A stretch of DNA of 64,000 nt, taken from the NCBI GenBank assembly GCA_046313635.1, contig JBKBYA010000002.1, positions 320,001 through 384,000 on the forward strand, given 5' to 3'. The notes under the pieces were generated by a model. That model saw only the letters and a program-made list of their open reading frames with translations. It did not search any database and was not told where the DNA came from. A program made the translations under genes and the position numbers. Below, piece after piece: positions 1 through 9,846 of the stretch. Within the stretch, counting starts at the first letter, position 1. Each line of letters begins with the position of its first letter. This stretch comes from Pyrinomonadaceae bacterium. GTDB lineage: Bacteria; Acidobacteriota; Blastocatellia; Pyrinomonadales; Pyrinomonadaceae.

Positions 1-510
1 TACCTCTTGTGCCGTGAGTACCTGGCAGTTAACGAGAATGAACTGCGCAGCGTCGGGCCCGGTTCGCCGCGCATCGCCGCGTTGAGACACGGTCGCCGGC
101 ATGTGGAGGAGATCCACCGACACCACTTGCTGCAGTGGACCGAGCTTGAGGTGACCGCTCTTACAAACGATTCGCGGCGGCAGCGCAGCGCTTCGAAAAA
201 GATCGACGCCGCCGAACGTGCACTCGAGATCATCGGCGCCGCGACCGAGTACTATCCCGCCGAGCCGGCGCTGTCGGAGTCGGCAGCGTTTCTCGACGAG
301 TACATTGCCGGCATCCGCGTCGCCGACCTGACCGCGCGGGCCCGCCGCGCGGAGCAAAAAGATCGACCGGAGGACGCCGCGAAATTCTATCGGCGGGCGC
401 GTGAAGTGATCGATTCGCGCCCGGCAGTTTCTGCCGAACTCAGGGCGGCTGCAATGGAAATTGACGCCGGCCTCGAAAAGATACGAGAATCGAATAGCAC
501 GAATAAATAG
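1..510 (+). CDS. Hypothetical helical (TPR-like) protein, 5' end outside window
   Basis: Frame open from base 1 to TAG at 508-510; Ala/Arg/Glu-rich helical sequence; no family recognised. Confidence 0.6.
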   Translation, partial: YLLCREYLAVNENELRSVGPGSPRIAALRHGRRHVEEIHRHHLLQWTELEVTALTNDSRRQRSASKKIDAAERALEIIGAATEYYPAEPALSESAAFLDEYIAGIRVADLTARARRAEQKDRPEDAAKFYRRAREVIDSRPAVSAELRAAAMEIDAGLEKIRESNSTNK

Positions 511-535
511 ACCCCTTATGAAGTCGCTGAAGTAA

Positions 536-748
536 ATGATCTCCCAAAAATGTCCAAGGTGTCGAAGCAGCCGTATACGGCGCGGTTACAGGCCCACAAG
601 GCTGTGGTCTAAATTGTTGTTCAGGTATAACCTGCTCTGCGACGGCTGCAACTGGGAGTTTACCGGGTTTGCCGTGCCCGGCACCCTGAACCGTAAAAAG
701 GACCGCCGCCCGCCGACCGACAAAAAGGTCGTCGAGCCGGTCGAGTAA
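536..748 (+). CDS. Small zinc-ribbon protein
   Basis: 70 aa with CPRC and CDGC pairs; co-oriented with neighbours. Confidence 0.65.
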   Translation: MISQKCPRCRSSRIRRGYRPTRLWSKLLFRYNLLCDGCNWEFTGFAVPGTLNRKKDRRPPTDKKVVEPVE

Positions 749-752
749 ATCG

Positions 753-1790
753 TTGATCGCCCCTAGATCCAATCCGCTGATCCGCACCTCGCCGGCCTTG
801 TCAATCATCGTACTGCGATCTTCTCTCACGCTCCTGCTGGCGGCGGTGATGTGCGCTCCGGGGGCGGCCCATGCCCAGTCGAGGACGCTGCCGCCCGAGA
901 CCGCGCTGATTCACTATGGCGACCTCGTCGATGTGGACGTCGTCGGCAGCATCGAGTTTGACTGGCGCGGCGGCCTGACGCCTGAAGGGTTTCTCGATGG
1001 TTTTGATAAGAGCGACGAGCCGATCTACGCGCTGTGCCGCAGCGAGGACGAGGTCGCGGCGGATGTTGCCCGGGCGTACTCCAAGTTCCTGCGCGATCCA
1101 AGGGTCGTGGTCCGCGTTCTCGACCGGTCCGATCGCGCGGTCGCGATCCTTTACGGAGCGGTCAAGGTGCCGCAGCGGTTCAGGATCAAACGCTCGGTCA
1201 GGCTGAGCGAGCTGCTCGCGCTGTCGGGCGGAATCACCGACGACTCGAGCGGCGACATAATCGTCTACCGGCCCGAAGGCGTCAGCTGCGCGGCCCGTGC
1301 CGAACGGCCGGCGAACGACCAGCTCGAGAGGCCCGCGGCGCCCTCCGCAGGCTCGACCTATCGCATCCCGATCGGTTCGATACTGGCCGGCGAGACCGGT
1401 GCAGATCTGCCGATCTTCAGCGGCGACATCATCACGGTCGCCGAGGCGTCGCCGATATTTGTGATGGGTGCCGTAGGCAATCCAAGAGCTGTCGCGTCGA
1501 GGGCGGACCTCAGGGTCACGCAGGCGATATCGATGGCCGGCGGGGCCGCAAAGGAGGCTCGCCGCGGGCTGGTTTCGGTCTACAGACGCGAGGCCGGCGA
1601 AACCAAGGTACTCGAGGTCGACCTCGGTTCGACCGAGCCCGGCAGCCCCGGCGACATCCTTTTGAAACCTTATGACGTGGTCGACGTGGGCCTCAAAGGG
1701 ATGCCGAAGCGGCGACTCGCAGATCCCGCCGGCTGGTCGAGGGCCAGAGACGAAAACCCGCAGCGAATGCCGCTCAGGATCATCGAGTAG
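753..1790 (+). CDS. Polysaccharide biosynthesis/export family protein (Poly_export plus SLBB domains, Wza-like)
   Basis: Signal-like N-terminus; IHYGDLVDVDV, YSKFLRDPRVVV, GAVKVP, GAVGNP..ISMAGG, LLKPYDVVDV motifs; exact start uncertain. Confidence 0.8.
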   Translation: MIAPRSNPLIRTSPALSIIVLRSSLTLLLAAVMCAPGAAHAQSRTLPPETALIHYGDLVDVDVVGSIEFDWRGGLTPEGFLDGFDKSDEPIYALCRSEDEVAADVARAYSKFLRDPRVVVRVLDRSDRAVAILYGAVKVPQRFRIKRSVRLSELLALSGGITDDSSGDIIVYRPEGVSCAARAERPANDQLERPAAPSAGSTYRIPIGSILAGETGADLPIFSGDIITVAEASPIFVMGAVGNPRAVASRADLRVTQAISMAGGAAKEARRGLVSVYRREAGETKVLEVDLGSTEPGSPGDILLKPYDVVDVGLKGMPKRRLADPAGWSRARDENPQRMPLRIIE

Positions 1791-1884
1791 CCGCTCGCCG
1801 GCAGTCTGGAACGCCTTGTTCCGGTACTGTCTTTCCTCTAGAATGAGCGAAAGGGCGAATTGCCCGTTTTTACTAAGCAAAACT

Positions 1885-2103
1885 ATGGCTCAGAAGCAAA
1901 GCAGGTTCAGCCGCCGTTCGATCGCCCTTTTTTGGGTTGCGCTGGTGGCCGTGGTCATCGGCGTTCTCATCTATCTCGAGCAGATCGCGGCGTTGTACGT
2001 CCTCGCCACCTTGTCGCTCGTCGCTCTGCTGATCGTCGTCGGATTCGCCGATCTCGAGAAGATAGGCCGCGAACGTGCGGGTGATTTTGCAAAGGGAGAT
2101 TAG
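1885..2103 (+). CDS. Small two-TM membrane protein
   Basis: ATG at 1885 (MAQKQSRF...) followed by two hydrophobic stretches. Confidence 0.65.
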   Translation: MAQKQSRFSRRSIALFWVALVAVVIGVLIYLEQIAALYVLATLSLVALLIVVGFADLEKIGRERAGDFAKGD

Positions 2104-2106
2104 CTG

Positions 2107-3411
2107 GTGACGAAGGTTTGGGTCGGGCTCGTGTCGCTGCTCGTCGCTGCCGCATCGCTCGCGGCGACGGTCAATGCCGCGCCTGCTCGGCTCAAGTGGA
2201 AGCGGCCCGCGGTCACCGTGGCGATCTCGTCATCTCTTCTCGCCGAGACACCAAACGTACCGTCTCGCGGCGAGGCTCTCGACGCGATAGAAAAGAGTCT
2301 TAAGACATGGTCGGCCGCAGCCAACGTTACGCTGCGACCGGTCACCAGTCAGCTCCAGAATGTAGATCCGGCCGGGCAGCAGGGTGACGGCGTCTCGCTG
2401 CTCACGATCGCCGCGACGCCGGAGAATGTCGCACTCTTTCCCAAAGGCGGTGAAGACGCGGCGGCCCGCACGCGTATATTTTTTGACGCGCGAGGCTTCA
2501 TCACCGAGGCCGATATCGTTCTCAATCCCTTTATCCAGTTTTCAAACGGCGGCCTGCCCGGTACGTTCGATCTGCAGGGGACGGTGACCCACGAGCTCGG
2601 CCATCTACTTGGCCTTCCGCATTCTGATGTCATCGGCTCGACGATGAGCGAGATCAATTCGCAGAACGGCATATTCAACGTCACCGGTTTTGCGTCGAGG
2701 ACGCTGTCGGGCTCTGACGTCGCCGCGATCCGCGCTTTGTATGGCCCGCCGCCTAACGACGCCGAATGCTGCGGTCGCATCTCGGGGCGGCTGACGCTCT
2801 CGCCGGCGAGACCGGCGGCAGGCTGGAGCGTTTGGGCAGAAGACGTTTTGACCGGCGCGGTCGTCGCATCGTCAAGGACCGGCTCCGACGGGAGCTACAC
2901 CCTCGCTGGGCTCGACTACGGCAGCGTCCGCGTCCTTGCTCAGCCGGCGGCCGGTACGAGAGCCTCGGTCGCTGCCGAGTCGCTCGGCGAGGCACAGATA
3001 TCCCGCAGCGAGCCGAACGGAACGCTTAACAAGGTCGTCGCGCAGCGGACGCTCGGATTCGAGCTGTCGCTCATCGGCTTTGATCAGCAGCTCGCCAATG
3101 CCGCCGTGATGCTGAATGGCGGGCTTCGATACAGGCTCCTTGTCGCCGGCCGCGGCCTGCATCCCGACACGATCCGGCTTGGAACGGATTCGCCGTGGCT
3201 GACGATCACGCGGTCGGCCGAGTCGAGGATCGATTTTGGAAAGGGACTATCGGTCCTCGAGTTCAGCGTATCGGTCGACCCCGCGGCGCCGTCAGGGAGT
3301 TACAGTCTCTATGCGGCGTCGGCGTCAACAGGACTCTCACGCTATCTGATCGGCGGACTGACGGTCGAGCGATTCCCGAACCTGCTCGCCGAGGGAACCG
3401 TTGGCGAATGA
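2107..3411 (+). CDS. Secreted matrixin-family (M10) zinc metalloprotease with C-terminal beta-sandwich domains
   Basis: Signal peptide; HELGHLLGLPH zinc motif; STM Met-turn; DVAAIRALYG. Confidence 0.85.
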   Translation: MTKVWVGLVSLLVAAASLAATVNAAPARLKWKRPAVTVAISSSLLAETPNVPSRGEALDAIEKSLKTWSAAANVTLRPVTSQLQNVDPAGQQGDGVSLLTIAATPENVALFPKGGEDAAARTRIFFDARGFITEADIVLNPFIQFSNGGLPGTFDLQGTVTHELGHLLGLPHSDVIGSTMSEINSQNGIFNVTGFASRTLSGSDVAAIRALYGPPPNDAECCGRISGRLTLSPARPAAGWSVWAEDVLTGAVVASSRTGSDGSYTLAGLDYGSVRVLAQPAAGTRASVAAESLGEAQISRSEPNGTLNKVVAQRTLGFELSLIGFDQQLANAAVMLNGGLRYRLLVAGRGLHPDTIRLGTDSPWLTITRSAESRIDFGKGLSVLEFSVSVDPAAPSGSYSLYAASASTGLSRYLIGGLTVERFPNLLAEGTVGE

Positions 3412-3481
3412 ACCGGCGCACTCCGGCACGTGTCCGGACCGCACGCTTTCGTTTTTAGCATAAGAATTTTATAATAAATAT

Positions 3482-3572
3482 CGTTCACCTCCCCGGTGAA
3501 CAATCGATCGCGGGTGGTGAGGACCCGCGGTTACAGGGGCGACGGTGTGGGAGACGTCGCCCCTTAACTTTT
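3482..3572 (+). ncRNA. Candidate ~90-nt three-hairpin small RNA
   Basis: TATAAT at 3470-3475, then perfect stems at 3483-3501, 3509-3529 and 3535-3564, ending TAACTTTT. Confidence 0.4.
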
Positions 3573-3598
3573 ATGCAGGGCCGCGCGCTCCAAACATC

Positions 3599-3626
3599 TT
3601 GATTTTCGAACGTCTGCGGTTAGAAT
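3599..3626 (+). promoter_or_regulatory. Putative sigma70 promoter for the transporter-1 leader
   Basis: TTGATT-N16-TAGAAT. Confidence 0.5.
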
Positions 3627-3710
3627 TGGCTTTAGTGCGTACTGCATCAGCGGATGTCGGCCGCCTTCGAACGAGGGCGGCCGGCTCGACAGTTTCACTA
3701 GGTCAAGGCT

Positions 3711-3745
3711 ACCGCCGGAGCTGTTTTCCGGGCGGTCTTTTTTTG
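3711..3745 (+). terminator. Intrinsic terminator/attenuator directly upstream of the transporter ATG
   Basis: ACCGCCGGA...TCCGGGCGGT followed by CTTTTTTT, ~10 nt before ATG 3754. Confidence 0.7.
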
Positions 3746-3753
3746 TTTTTTCT

Positions 3754-5760
3754 ATGAAGAATGGTGGTTCAGGCCGGCTCCGGCGCTGGCTTCTGCAGGG
3801 CGTCCACGAACCGGAAGGCCCGCATGAGCCTGAAGGCAGACATAAGACACATGCCTGGTGGAAGGTGATGTGTCTCACGGGCGTCGACTACTTTTCGACA
3901 CTGGGTTACCAACCCGGCATCGCCTTTCTCGCGGCCGGTGCGTTGTCGCCTTTCGCGACTCTCGTTCTTGTCCTTCTGACGCTCTTTGGAGCCCTTCCGA
4001 TGTACCGACGCGTGGCCGAGGAGAGTCCTCACGGCGACGGGTCGATCTCGATGCTCGAGCACCTGCTGTCGCGGTGGAAGGGCAAGCTCTTTGTACTCGC
4101 GCTCCTCGGTTTTGTCGCGACGAGCTTCATAATCACGATCACCTTGTCTGCCGCTGACGCGACGGCGCACATCATCGAAAATCCCTTCGTCGAGCACAAT
4201 CTGCAGTTCCTCAACCACCGCATCATCGTTACCGTCGTGCTGATCGGATTTCTCGGGGCCGTCTTTCTAAAAGGCTTTAACGAGGCGATCGGTCTCGCGG
4301 TGGTCATCGTCGCGGTCTTTATCACGCTGAATATCGTGACGATCGGGCGCGGCCTGTACGAGATATTCTGGGTCCATCCTGAAGCGCTCAGTAATTGGCA
4401 GGCGATGGTCTGGGGCCATCCAGACGTCGGGGGCCGCGTCACATGGCTGATCGCCGCGTCGCTTATTGTATTTCCAAAGCTGGCACTCGGATTGTCGGGC
4501 TTTGAGACAGGCGTTGTCGTGATGCCGCTGATCAAAAGCGATGACTCGACCACGACGCGCGAGAGCGAGCAGCTGCGCCGTATCTCGGCGACCGAGACCG
4601 GTCTCAACACCGGTGAGCAGGCAAGGCTCGAGGGACGCATCCGCAACGGTAAAAAGCTGCTGACGGTCGCGGCCGTGATAATGAGCTTCATGCTGATCGG
4701 CAGCAGCCTCATCACGTCGATGCTCGTCCCGCCGGAAGAGTTTCAGGAGGGCGGCGAGGCCTACGGGCGCGCCGTCTCGTATATCGCCCATGGTCTGCTC
4801 GGATCGACATTCGGGACCATCTACGACATTTCAACGATCGCGATACTTTGGTTCGCCGGAGCGTCGGCGATGGCCGGACTTTTGAATATCGTGCCGCGGT
4901 ATCTGCCTCGATACGGCATGGCTCCCAACTGGGCAAAGGCAACGCGGCCGCTCGTGCTCGTCTTTACGGGGATCTGCATATTGGTGACCGTCCTCTTCAA
5001 GGCGGACGTCACCGCTCAGGGCGGCGCGTATGCGACGGGCGTGCTGGCCCTTATGACCTCGGCCTGCGTGGCCGTCAGCATCTCGACCTGGCGTCGCCGC
5101 GACCGCTCTCGCTATGCCTTTATTGTCATCACGGCTGTCTTCTTTTACACGACGACCCTGAACATCGTCGAGCAGCCGAGCGGCATCAAGATCGCGACGC
5201 TGTTCATCATCGCGATAGTTGTGACGTCGTTCATCTCGCGTGCACTGCGGACGACCGAACTGCGCGTCGACCGGATCGAACTCGACGAGACGGCGCAGTC
5301 CTTTATCGACGAGCTCGATGCCGAAGGCGAGATCCGCATCGTCACGAATCGCCGCGAGACGGGCGACGTGACCGAGTACAGATTCAAGGAGCACGAAAAG
5401 AGGATAGACAATCACATACCGGCGACCGACCCGATATTGTTTTACGAGATAGATCTCGGCGATGCCTCTGAGTTTACCGGTGCGCTCAAGATACGCGGCG
5501 TGGATATCGAGGGATACAAAGTGCTGCGGACCGAAGCGCCGGCCGTGCCGAACGCGATCGCCGCTCTTTTGCTGCACCTCCGAGATACGACGGGCAAGAT
5601 CCCCCACGTCTATTTCGGGTGGAGCGAGGGCAACCCGATCGTGTACCTCGCGCGGTACATTCTATTCGGCGAGGGCGACACGGCACCTGTGACGCGCGAG
5701 ATCCTCAGACAAGCCGAGCCCGACCCCGAGCTGCGGCCGAATGTACACGTCGGCGGATGA
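3754..5760 (+). CDS. APC-superfamily permease, KimA/KUP-like putative K+ transporter, copy 1
   Basis: ~12 TM plus C-terminal soluble domain; TM1 D-x6-Y (DYFSTLGY), TM6 GFE, TM10 YATGV. Confidence 0.8.
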   Translation: MKNGGSGRLRRWLLQGVHEPEGPHEPEGRHKTHAWWKVMCLTGVDYFSTLGYQPGIAFLAAGALSPFATLVLVLLTLFGALPMYRRVAEESPHGDGSISMLEHLLSRWKGKLFVLALLGFVATSFIITITLSAADATAHIIENPFVEHNLQFLNHRIIVTVVLIGFLGAVFLKGFNEAIGLAVVIVAVFITLNIVTIGRGLYEIFWVHPEALSNWQAMVWGHPDVGGRVTWLIAASLIVFPKLALGLSGFETGVVVMPLIKSDDSTTTRESEQLRRISATETGLNTGEQARLEGRIRNGKKLLTVAAVIMSFMLIGSSLITSMLVPPEEFQEGGEAYGRAVSYIAHGLLGSTFGTIYDISTIAILWFAGASAMAGLLNIVPRYLPRYGMAPNWAKATRPLVLVFTGICILVTVLFKADVTAQGGAYATGVLALMTSACVAVSISTWRRRDRSRYAFIVITAVFFYTTTLNIVEQPSGIKIATLFIIAIVVTSFISRALRTTELRVDRIELDETAQSFIDELDAEGEIRIVTNRRETGDVTEYRFKEHEKRIDNHIPATDPILFYEIDLGDASEFTGALKIRGVDIEGYKVLRTEAPAVPNAIAALLLHLRDTTGKIPHVYFGWSEGNPIVYLARYILFGEGDTAPVTREILRQAEPDPELRPNVHVGG

Positions 5761-5772
5761 TCGTGCCGTGCA

Positions 5773-5801
5773 TTGCATTGACCTGATGCGGGGCGTATAG
5801 T
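5773..5801 (+). promoter_or_regulatory. Putative sigma70 promoter for transporter copy 2
   Basis: TTGCAT-N17-TATAGT; leader hairpin at 5819-5857. Confidence 0.55.
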
Positions 5802-5870
5802 CTTGCACTTGAACGAACGCGGCCGCTTTTCGCACCAGAGGGCGAATGAGCGGCCGCTGACATTTGTTTT

Positions 5871-7883
5871 ATGCCGAGACCGAAACGAGGCCGCCTGCGT
5901 AGCTGGCTTTACGGTGAGGCGGCCGAGATCGAAGGGCCGCACGAGCGCGAGGGCAAGCATCAAAAGCATCCGTGGTGGAAGGTGATGTGCCTCACCGGCG
6001 TCGATTACTTTTCGACGCTTGGCTATCAGCCCGGCATAGCCTTTCTTGCCGCCGGCGTTCTTTCGCCGGTCGCTACGCTCCTTTTGGTCCTCCTCACCCT
6101 ATTCGGCGCCCTGCCGATCTATAGCCAGGTCGCAAGAGAGAGCCCTCACGGCGAAGGTTCGATCGCGATGCTCGAGGCGCTCTTTGACCGATGGAAGGCA
6201 AAGCTCTTCGTGCTCGTCCTGCTTGGCTTTGTCGCAACTGACTTTGTCATCACGATCACGCTCTCGGCCGCGGATGCGACGGCGCACATCCTCGAGAACC
6301 CGTACGTAAAGGACCGCCTCGCTTTTTTAGAGCATCCGGTCATCGTCACTCTGATCCTGGTCGGTTTGCTCGGGATCGTCTTTCTCAAAGGCTTCAAAGA
6401 GGCGATCGGTCTTGCCGTCGTGCTGGTCGCGACATACCTGCTGCTCAATCTTGTGGTGGTCGCCGCCGGCATTTACGAGGTTGCGACCCACCCGAGCCTC
6501 CTCGTCGATTGGCGGACAGCACTGTTTGCAACCAAGACGTCGGGCGGCGCGAGCGGCATTTTTGTAATTGTCGGTCTCTCGCTATTGGCGTTTCCACGGC
6601 TTGCATTGGGCCTTTCGGGGTTTGAGACCGGTGTCGCGGTGATGCCGCTGGTCAAGAATCCGGGCCGTATCGAGAATACGCGCAAGCTGCTCGCATCGGC
6701 GGCGCTGATCATGAGCTTTATGCTGATCGCGAGCAGTCTGGTGACAAGCATACTCATTCCGCGCGAGGCATTTTGCCCGCAGGTCTCGTGCGCGCTGGCC
6801 GAAGAGCGCTCCGAAGCGCCCGAATATTGCGGATGCAGCGAGCCGGAGATAGCGGCCGCAATCGTGCGCGAGAGGGGCGAGGCAAACGGCCGTGCGCTCT
6901 CGTATATCGCGCATCTCTATCTCGGAGAATTTTTCGGCACGCTGTACGATCTGAGCACGATCTTTATCCTGTGGTTTGCCGGAGCCTCGGCGATGGCCGG
7001 ACTACTGAATATCGTGCCGCGCTACCTGCCGCGATACGGCATGGCCCCCGAATGGGCCGGCGCCGCACGCCCGCTGGTGCTTGTCTTTACGGCGATCTGT
7101 TTTGCCGTGACGATCTGGTTCGAAGCTGACGTCGACGCGCAGGGCGGCGCTTATGCTACAGGCGTGCTCGTGCTGATGTCCTCGGCGGCGGTCGCCGTCA
7201 CTCTGTCGGCATGGAGAAAGGGCGGGGCCTTGCGGCTCGCATACGCCGCGATAGCGACGGTCTTTATCTACACCGCGATCGCCAACATCATCGAGCGGCC
7301 CGACGGTATAAAGATCGCGTCGTTCTTTATCCTCTCGATCATCGGCGCGTCGTTCGTTTCGCGGGCGCTGAGATCGACCGAGGTACGTATCGACCGGGTC
7401 GAGCTCGACGACGCCGCTCGTGCCTTTATTGACGAATTAAGCGCCGAGGGCGACATCAGGATCATCGCCAACCGGCGCGAGCAGGGCGACGTGACCGAGT
7501 ATCGATTCAAGGAGCACGAAAAACGCGTTGACAACCACATCCCTTCATCCGATCCGATACTCTTCTATGAGGTCGATACAGGCGACGCGTCGGAGTTCAA
7601 GGGCAAGATCAAGGTCAGCGGCATAGACATCGGCGGTTACCGCATACTGCGCACGCAGGCGCCCGCCGTGCCCAACGCGATCGCGGCCTTTTTGCTCTAC
7701 CTTCGCGAGCGTACGGGCAAGGTGCCTCACGTCTACTTTGCGTGGAGCGAGGGAAATCCGCTGATGTATATGATCAGGTACGTGCTGCTCGGCGAGGGCG
7801 ATACCGCGCCCGTCACGCGCGAGATCCTGCGGCAGGCCGAGCCCGACCCGGAGCTGCGGCCGAACGTCCACGTCGGCGGATGA
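5871..7883 (+). CDS. APC-superfamily permease, KimA/KUP-like putative K+ transporter, copy 2
   Basis: Tandem paralog of 3754-5760 with identical [21 protein letters not shown] and C-terminal [11 protein letters not shown]. Confidence 0.8.
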   Translation: MPRPKRGRLRSWLYGEAAEIEGPHEREGKHQKHPWWKVMCLTGVDYFSTLGYQPGIAFLAAGVLSPVATLLLVLLTLFGALPIYSQVARESPHGEGSIAMLEALFDRWKAKLFVLVLLGFVATDFVITITLSAADATAHILENPYVKDRLAFLEHPVIVTLILVGLLGIVFLKGFKEAIGLAVVLVATYLLLNLVVVAAGIYEVATHPSLLVDWRTALFATKTSGGASGIFVIVGLSLLAFPRLALGLSGFETGVAVMPLVKNPGRIENTRKLLASAALIMSFMLIASSLVTSILIPREAFCPQVSCALAEERSEAPEYCGCSEPEIAAAIVRERGEANGRALSYIAHLYLGEFFGTLYDLSTIFILWFAGASAMAGLLNIVPRYLPRYGMAPEWAGAARPLVLVFTAICFAVTIWFEADVDAQGGAYATGVLVLMSSAAVAVTLSAWRKGGALRLAYAAIATVFIYTAIANIIERPDGIKIASFFILSIIGASFVSRALRSTEVRIDRVELDDAARAFIDELSAEGDIRIIANRREQGDVTEYRFKEHEKRVDNHIPSSDPILFYEVDTGDASEFKGKIKVSGIDIGGYRILRTQAPAVPNAIAAFLLYLRERTGKVPHVYFAWSEGNPLMYMIRYVLLGEGDTAPVTREILRQAEPDPELRPNVHVGG

Positions 7884-7912
7884 TCATCTTGGGAGAAGAA
7901 TGTCCGAGTTAG

Positions 7913-8302
7913 CTATCGCTGACCGGAATTGAGGAGATGCGGATTCATCTCCAAAAAGCAGGAACGGCAATAGACCGGCCGGCCCTGGGATGGATAGAAC
8001 GGGACCGTGGTCACGCTCTGGCAGCGGGCGCATGCGACAGAGACCTCTATCCGCTGCTTGACCCCCATTGCCTGGGCGGTCGAGATCGCGGCGATCCTCT
8101 CATTCTTGGCTTGTTTGCATTCCTTGCAGCGTTTGGGCGGATTTTGCAATCCCTTGTCACGAAAAAAGATCTGTTCACCGACCGTCCAAGTAAACGTCTT
8201 GCCGCAGTCGATACATAGAATGGGCTTGTCTTGCAGTTCGGATGCTTCCGAGAGGGCGACGCCGTAGGCTCCTCCGGCTCCGTCGAGATCGTTGGTGTTC
8301 AT
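7913..8302 (-). CDS. Zinc-ribbon plus CxxC-x17-CxxC domain protein
   Basis: CIDCGKTFTWTVGEQIFF..PKRCKEC and CARC..VPFYP..GRPVYCRSCF. Confidence 0.85.
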   Translation of the reverse strand: MNTNDLDGAGGAYGVALSEASELQDKPILCIDCGKTFTWTVGEQIFFRDKGLQNPPKRCKECKQAKNERIAAISTAQAMGVKQRIEVSVACARCQSVTTVPFYPSQGRPVYCRSCFLEMNPHLLNSGQR

Positions 8303-8531
8303 ACTTACTACCCCTAATCTTCAATTGTAAGTCGAGGCAGCTTGCAGAGGCCGCGGCCGGGAGAAACGACCGCACTTCTGAAAGCCGATCTGATTATAGT
8401 AGATTCTACTTTCGCGGGAGCATCTGTTTACGACTTAATGTTTGGGCTGATTCGAACTTATAACTTACCGTATATCGTGTCAAGTAATTCTCCTTTGTCA
8501 GGCCGCGACAAAGCTTTGTTCTGTTGAGTTT

Positions 8532-9809
8532 ATGAAGGTTTTGGTGATCGGGTCAGGCGGTCGCGAGCATGCGATCTGCACGGCGTTCGCGCGGAGTGCG
8601 CGCGTGGACAAGATCTACTGCGCAAACGGCAACGCGGGCATTGCAGCGGTCGCAGAATGCATCGCGATTAAACCTGACGAGATCGCGGAGCTCGCCGACT
8701 TTGCCGAGCGAGAGGCGATCGACCTCACCTTTGTCGGCGGCGAGACGGCGCTCGCGCTCGGCATCGTTGACGAATTTGAAAAGCGTGGGTCGCGCATCGT
8801 CGGACCGAGTTGCGCGGCGGCCCGGCTCGAGGCGAGCAAGTCGTTCGCAAAGGACTTCATGGCTCGGCATAACGTGCCGACCGCGCGCTACAAGGTCGCA
8901 GATTCGCCGAGCGCCGCGATCTCGATGCTGGAGAGCGGACATTTTGGAGGCCGCGATACGCCTGTCGTCGTCAAGGCCGACGGCCTCGCCGCGGGCAAGG
9001 GAGTCGTCGTCGCGCGCGACCGCGCCGAGGCCGTCGAGGCACTCAGCGAACTTGCCGCGGTCGTCGGCGAGGCCGCGATGGAAAGGATCGTGCTCGAAGA
9101 GTGCCTGTTTGGCCGCGAGGTCTCGCTGCTGATGTTTGCGGACGGTGAGAATTTCAAGCTTATGCCGCCCGTGCGCGATCACAAGCGGATCGGCGAGGGC
9201 GACACGGGCCCGAACACCGGCGGCATGGGCACGATCACCGACGATTCGCTGCTTGACGACGAGCAGACGAGCACGATCGTCGAAACGATCATTCGCCCGA
9301 CGCTGAGCGGCTGCTTGCGCGAGGGATTCAGATTTCGCGGCGTGCTGTTTCTCGGGCTGATGATGACCGTCGACGGGCCAAAGGTCCTTGAGTACAACGT
9401 CCGCTTCGGCGATCCGGAGACACAGGCGATACTTGTGAGGCTCGAGACCGACATCGTCGAGATCTGCGAAGCGATGCTCGACGGCTCGCTCGACCGACTC
9501 GATATCAGATGGAAGCCGGGCAGCTCGGCCTGCGTGATCCTCGCCGCCGAGGACTATCCGGCCAAACCGCGCACCGGCGATGCGATCTCGGGTCTCGACG
9601 CGGCGGCCGCGATCGACGGCGTCACCGTCTTTCACTCGGGCACGGCTCGCGGCGTCAGCGGCGAGCTCGTCACAGCGGGCGGCCGCGTGCTCGGCGTGAC
9701 CGCCTCAGCTCGAGACCTCGATGCGGCGATCGCGCTCGCCTACGCAGCCGTATCGCAGATCTCCTGGGACGGGATGCAGTATCGCCGAGACATCGGCAGG
9801 ACGCGCTGA
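8532..9809 (+). CDS. purD: Phosphoribosylamine--glycine ligase
   Basis: MKVLVIGSGGREHA, KADGLAAGKGV, GPNTGGMG, EYNVRFGDPETQ. Confidence 0.97.
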   Translation: MKVLVIGSGGREHAICTAFARSARVDKIYCANGNAGIAAVAECIAIKPDEIAELADFAEREAIDLTFVGGETALALGIVDEFEKRGSRIVGPSCAAARLEASKSFAKDFMARHNVPTARYKVADSPSAAISMLESGHFGGRDTPVVVKADGLAAGKGVVVARDRAEAVEALSELAAVVGEAAMERIVLEECLFGREVSLLMFADGENFKLMPPVRDHKRIGEGDTGPNTGGMGTITDDSLLDDEQTSTIVETIIRPTLSGCLREGFRFRGVLFLGLMMTVDGPKVLEYNVRFGDPETQAILVRLETDIVEICEAMLDGSLDRLDIRWKPGSSACVILAAEDYPAKPRTGDAISGLDAAAAIDGVTVFHSGTARGVSGELVTAGGRVLGVTASARDLDAAIALAYAAVSQISWDGMQYRRDIGRTR

Positions 9810-9846
9810 GATCTGCCGTTTGAAATAACGCGACCTGACCTGGCGA

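Noticed and set aside
3480..3753. c-di-AMP (ydaO) riboswitch upstream of the KimA-like genes
   Set aside because: The conserved sequence blocks of that family are not visible; kept only as an unclassified leader candidate
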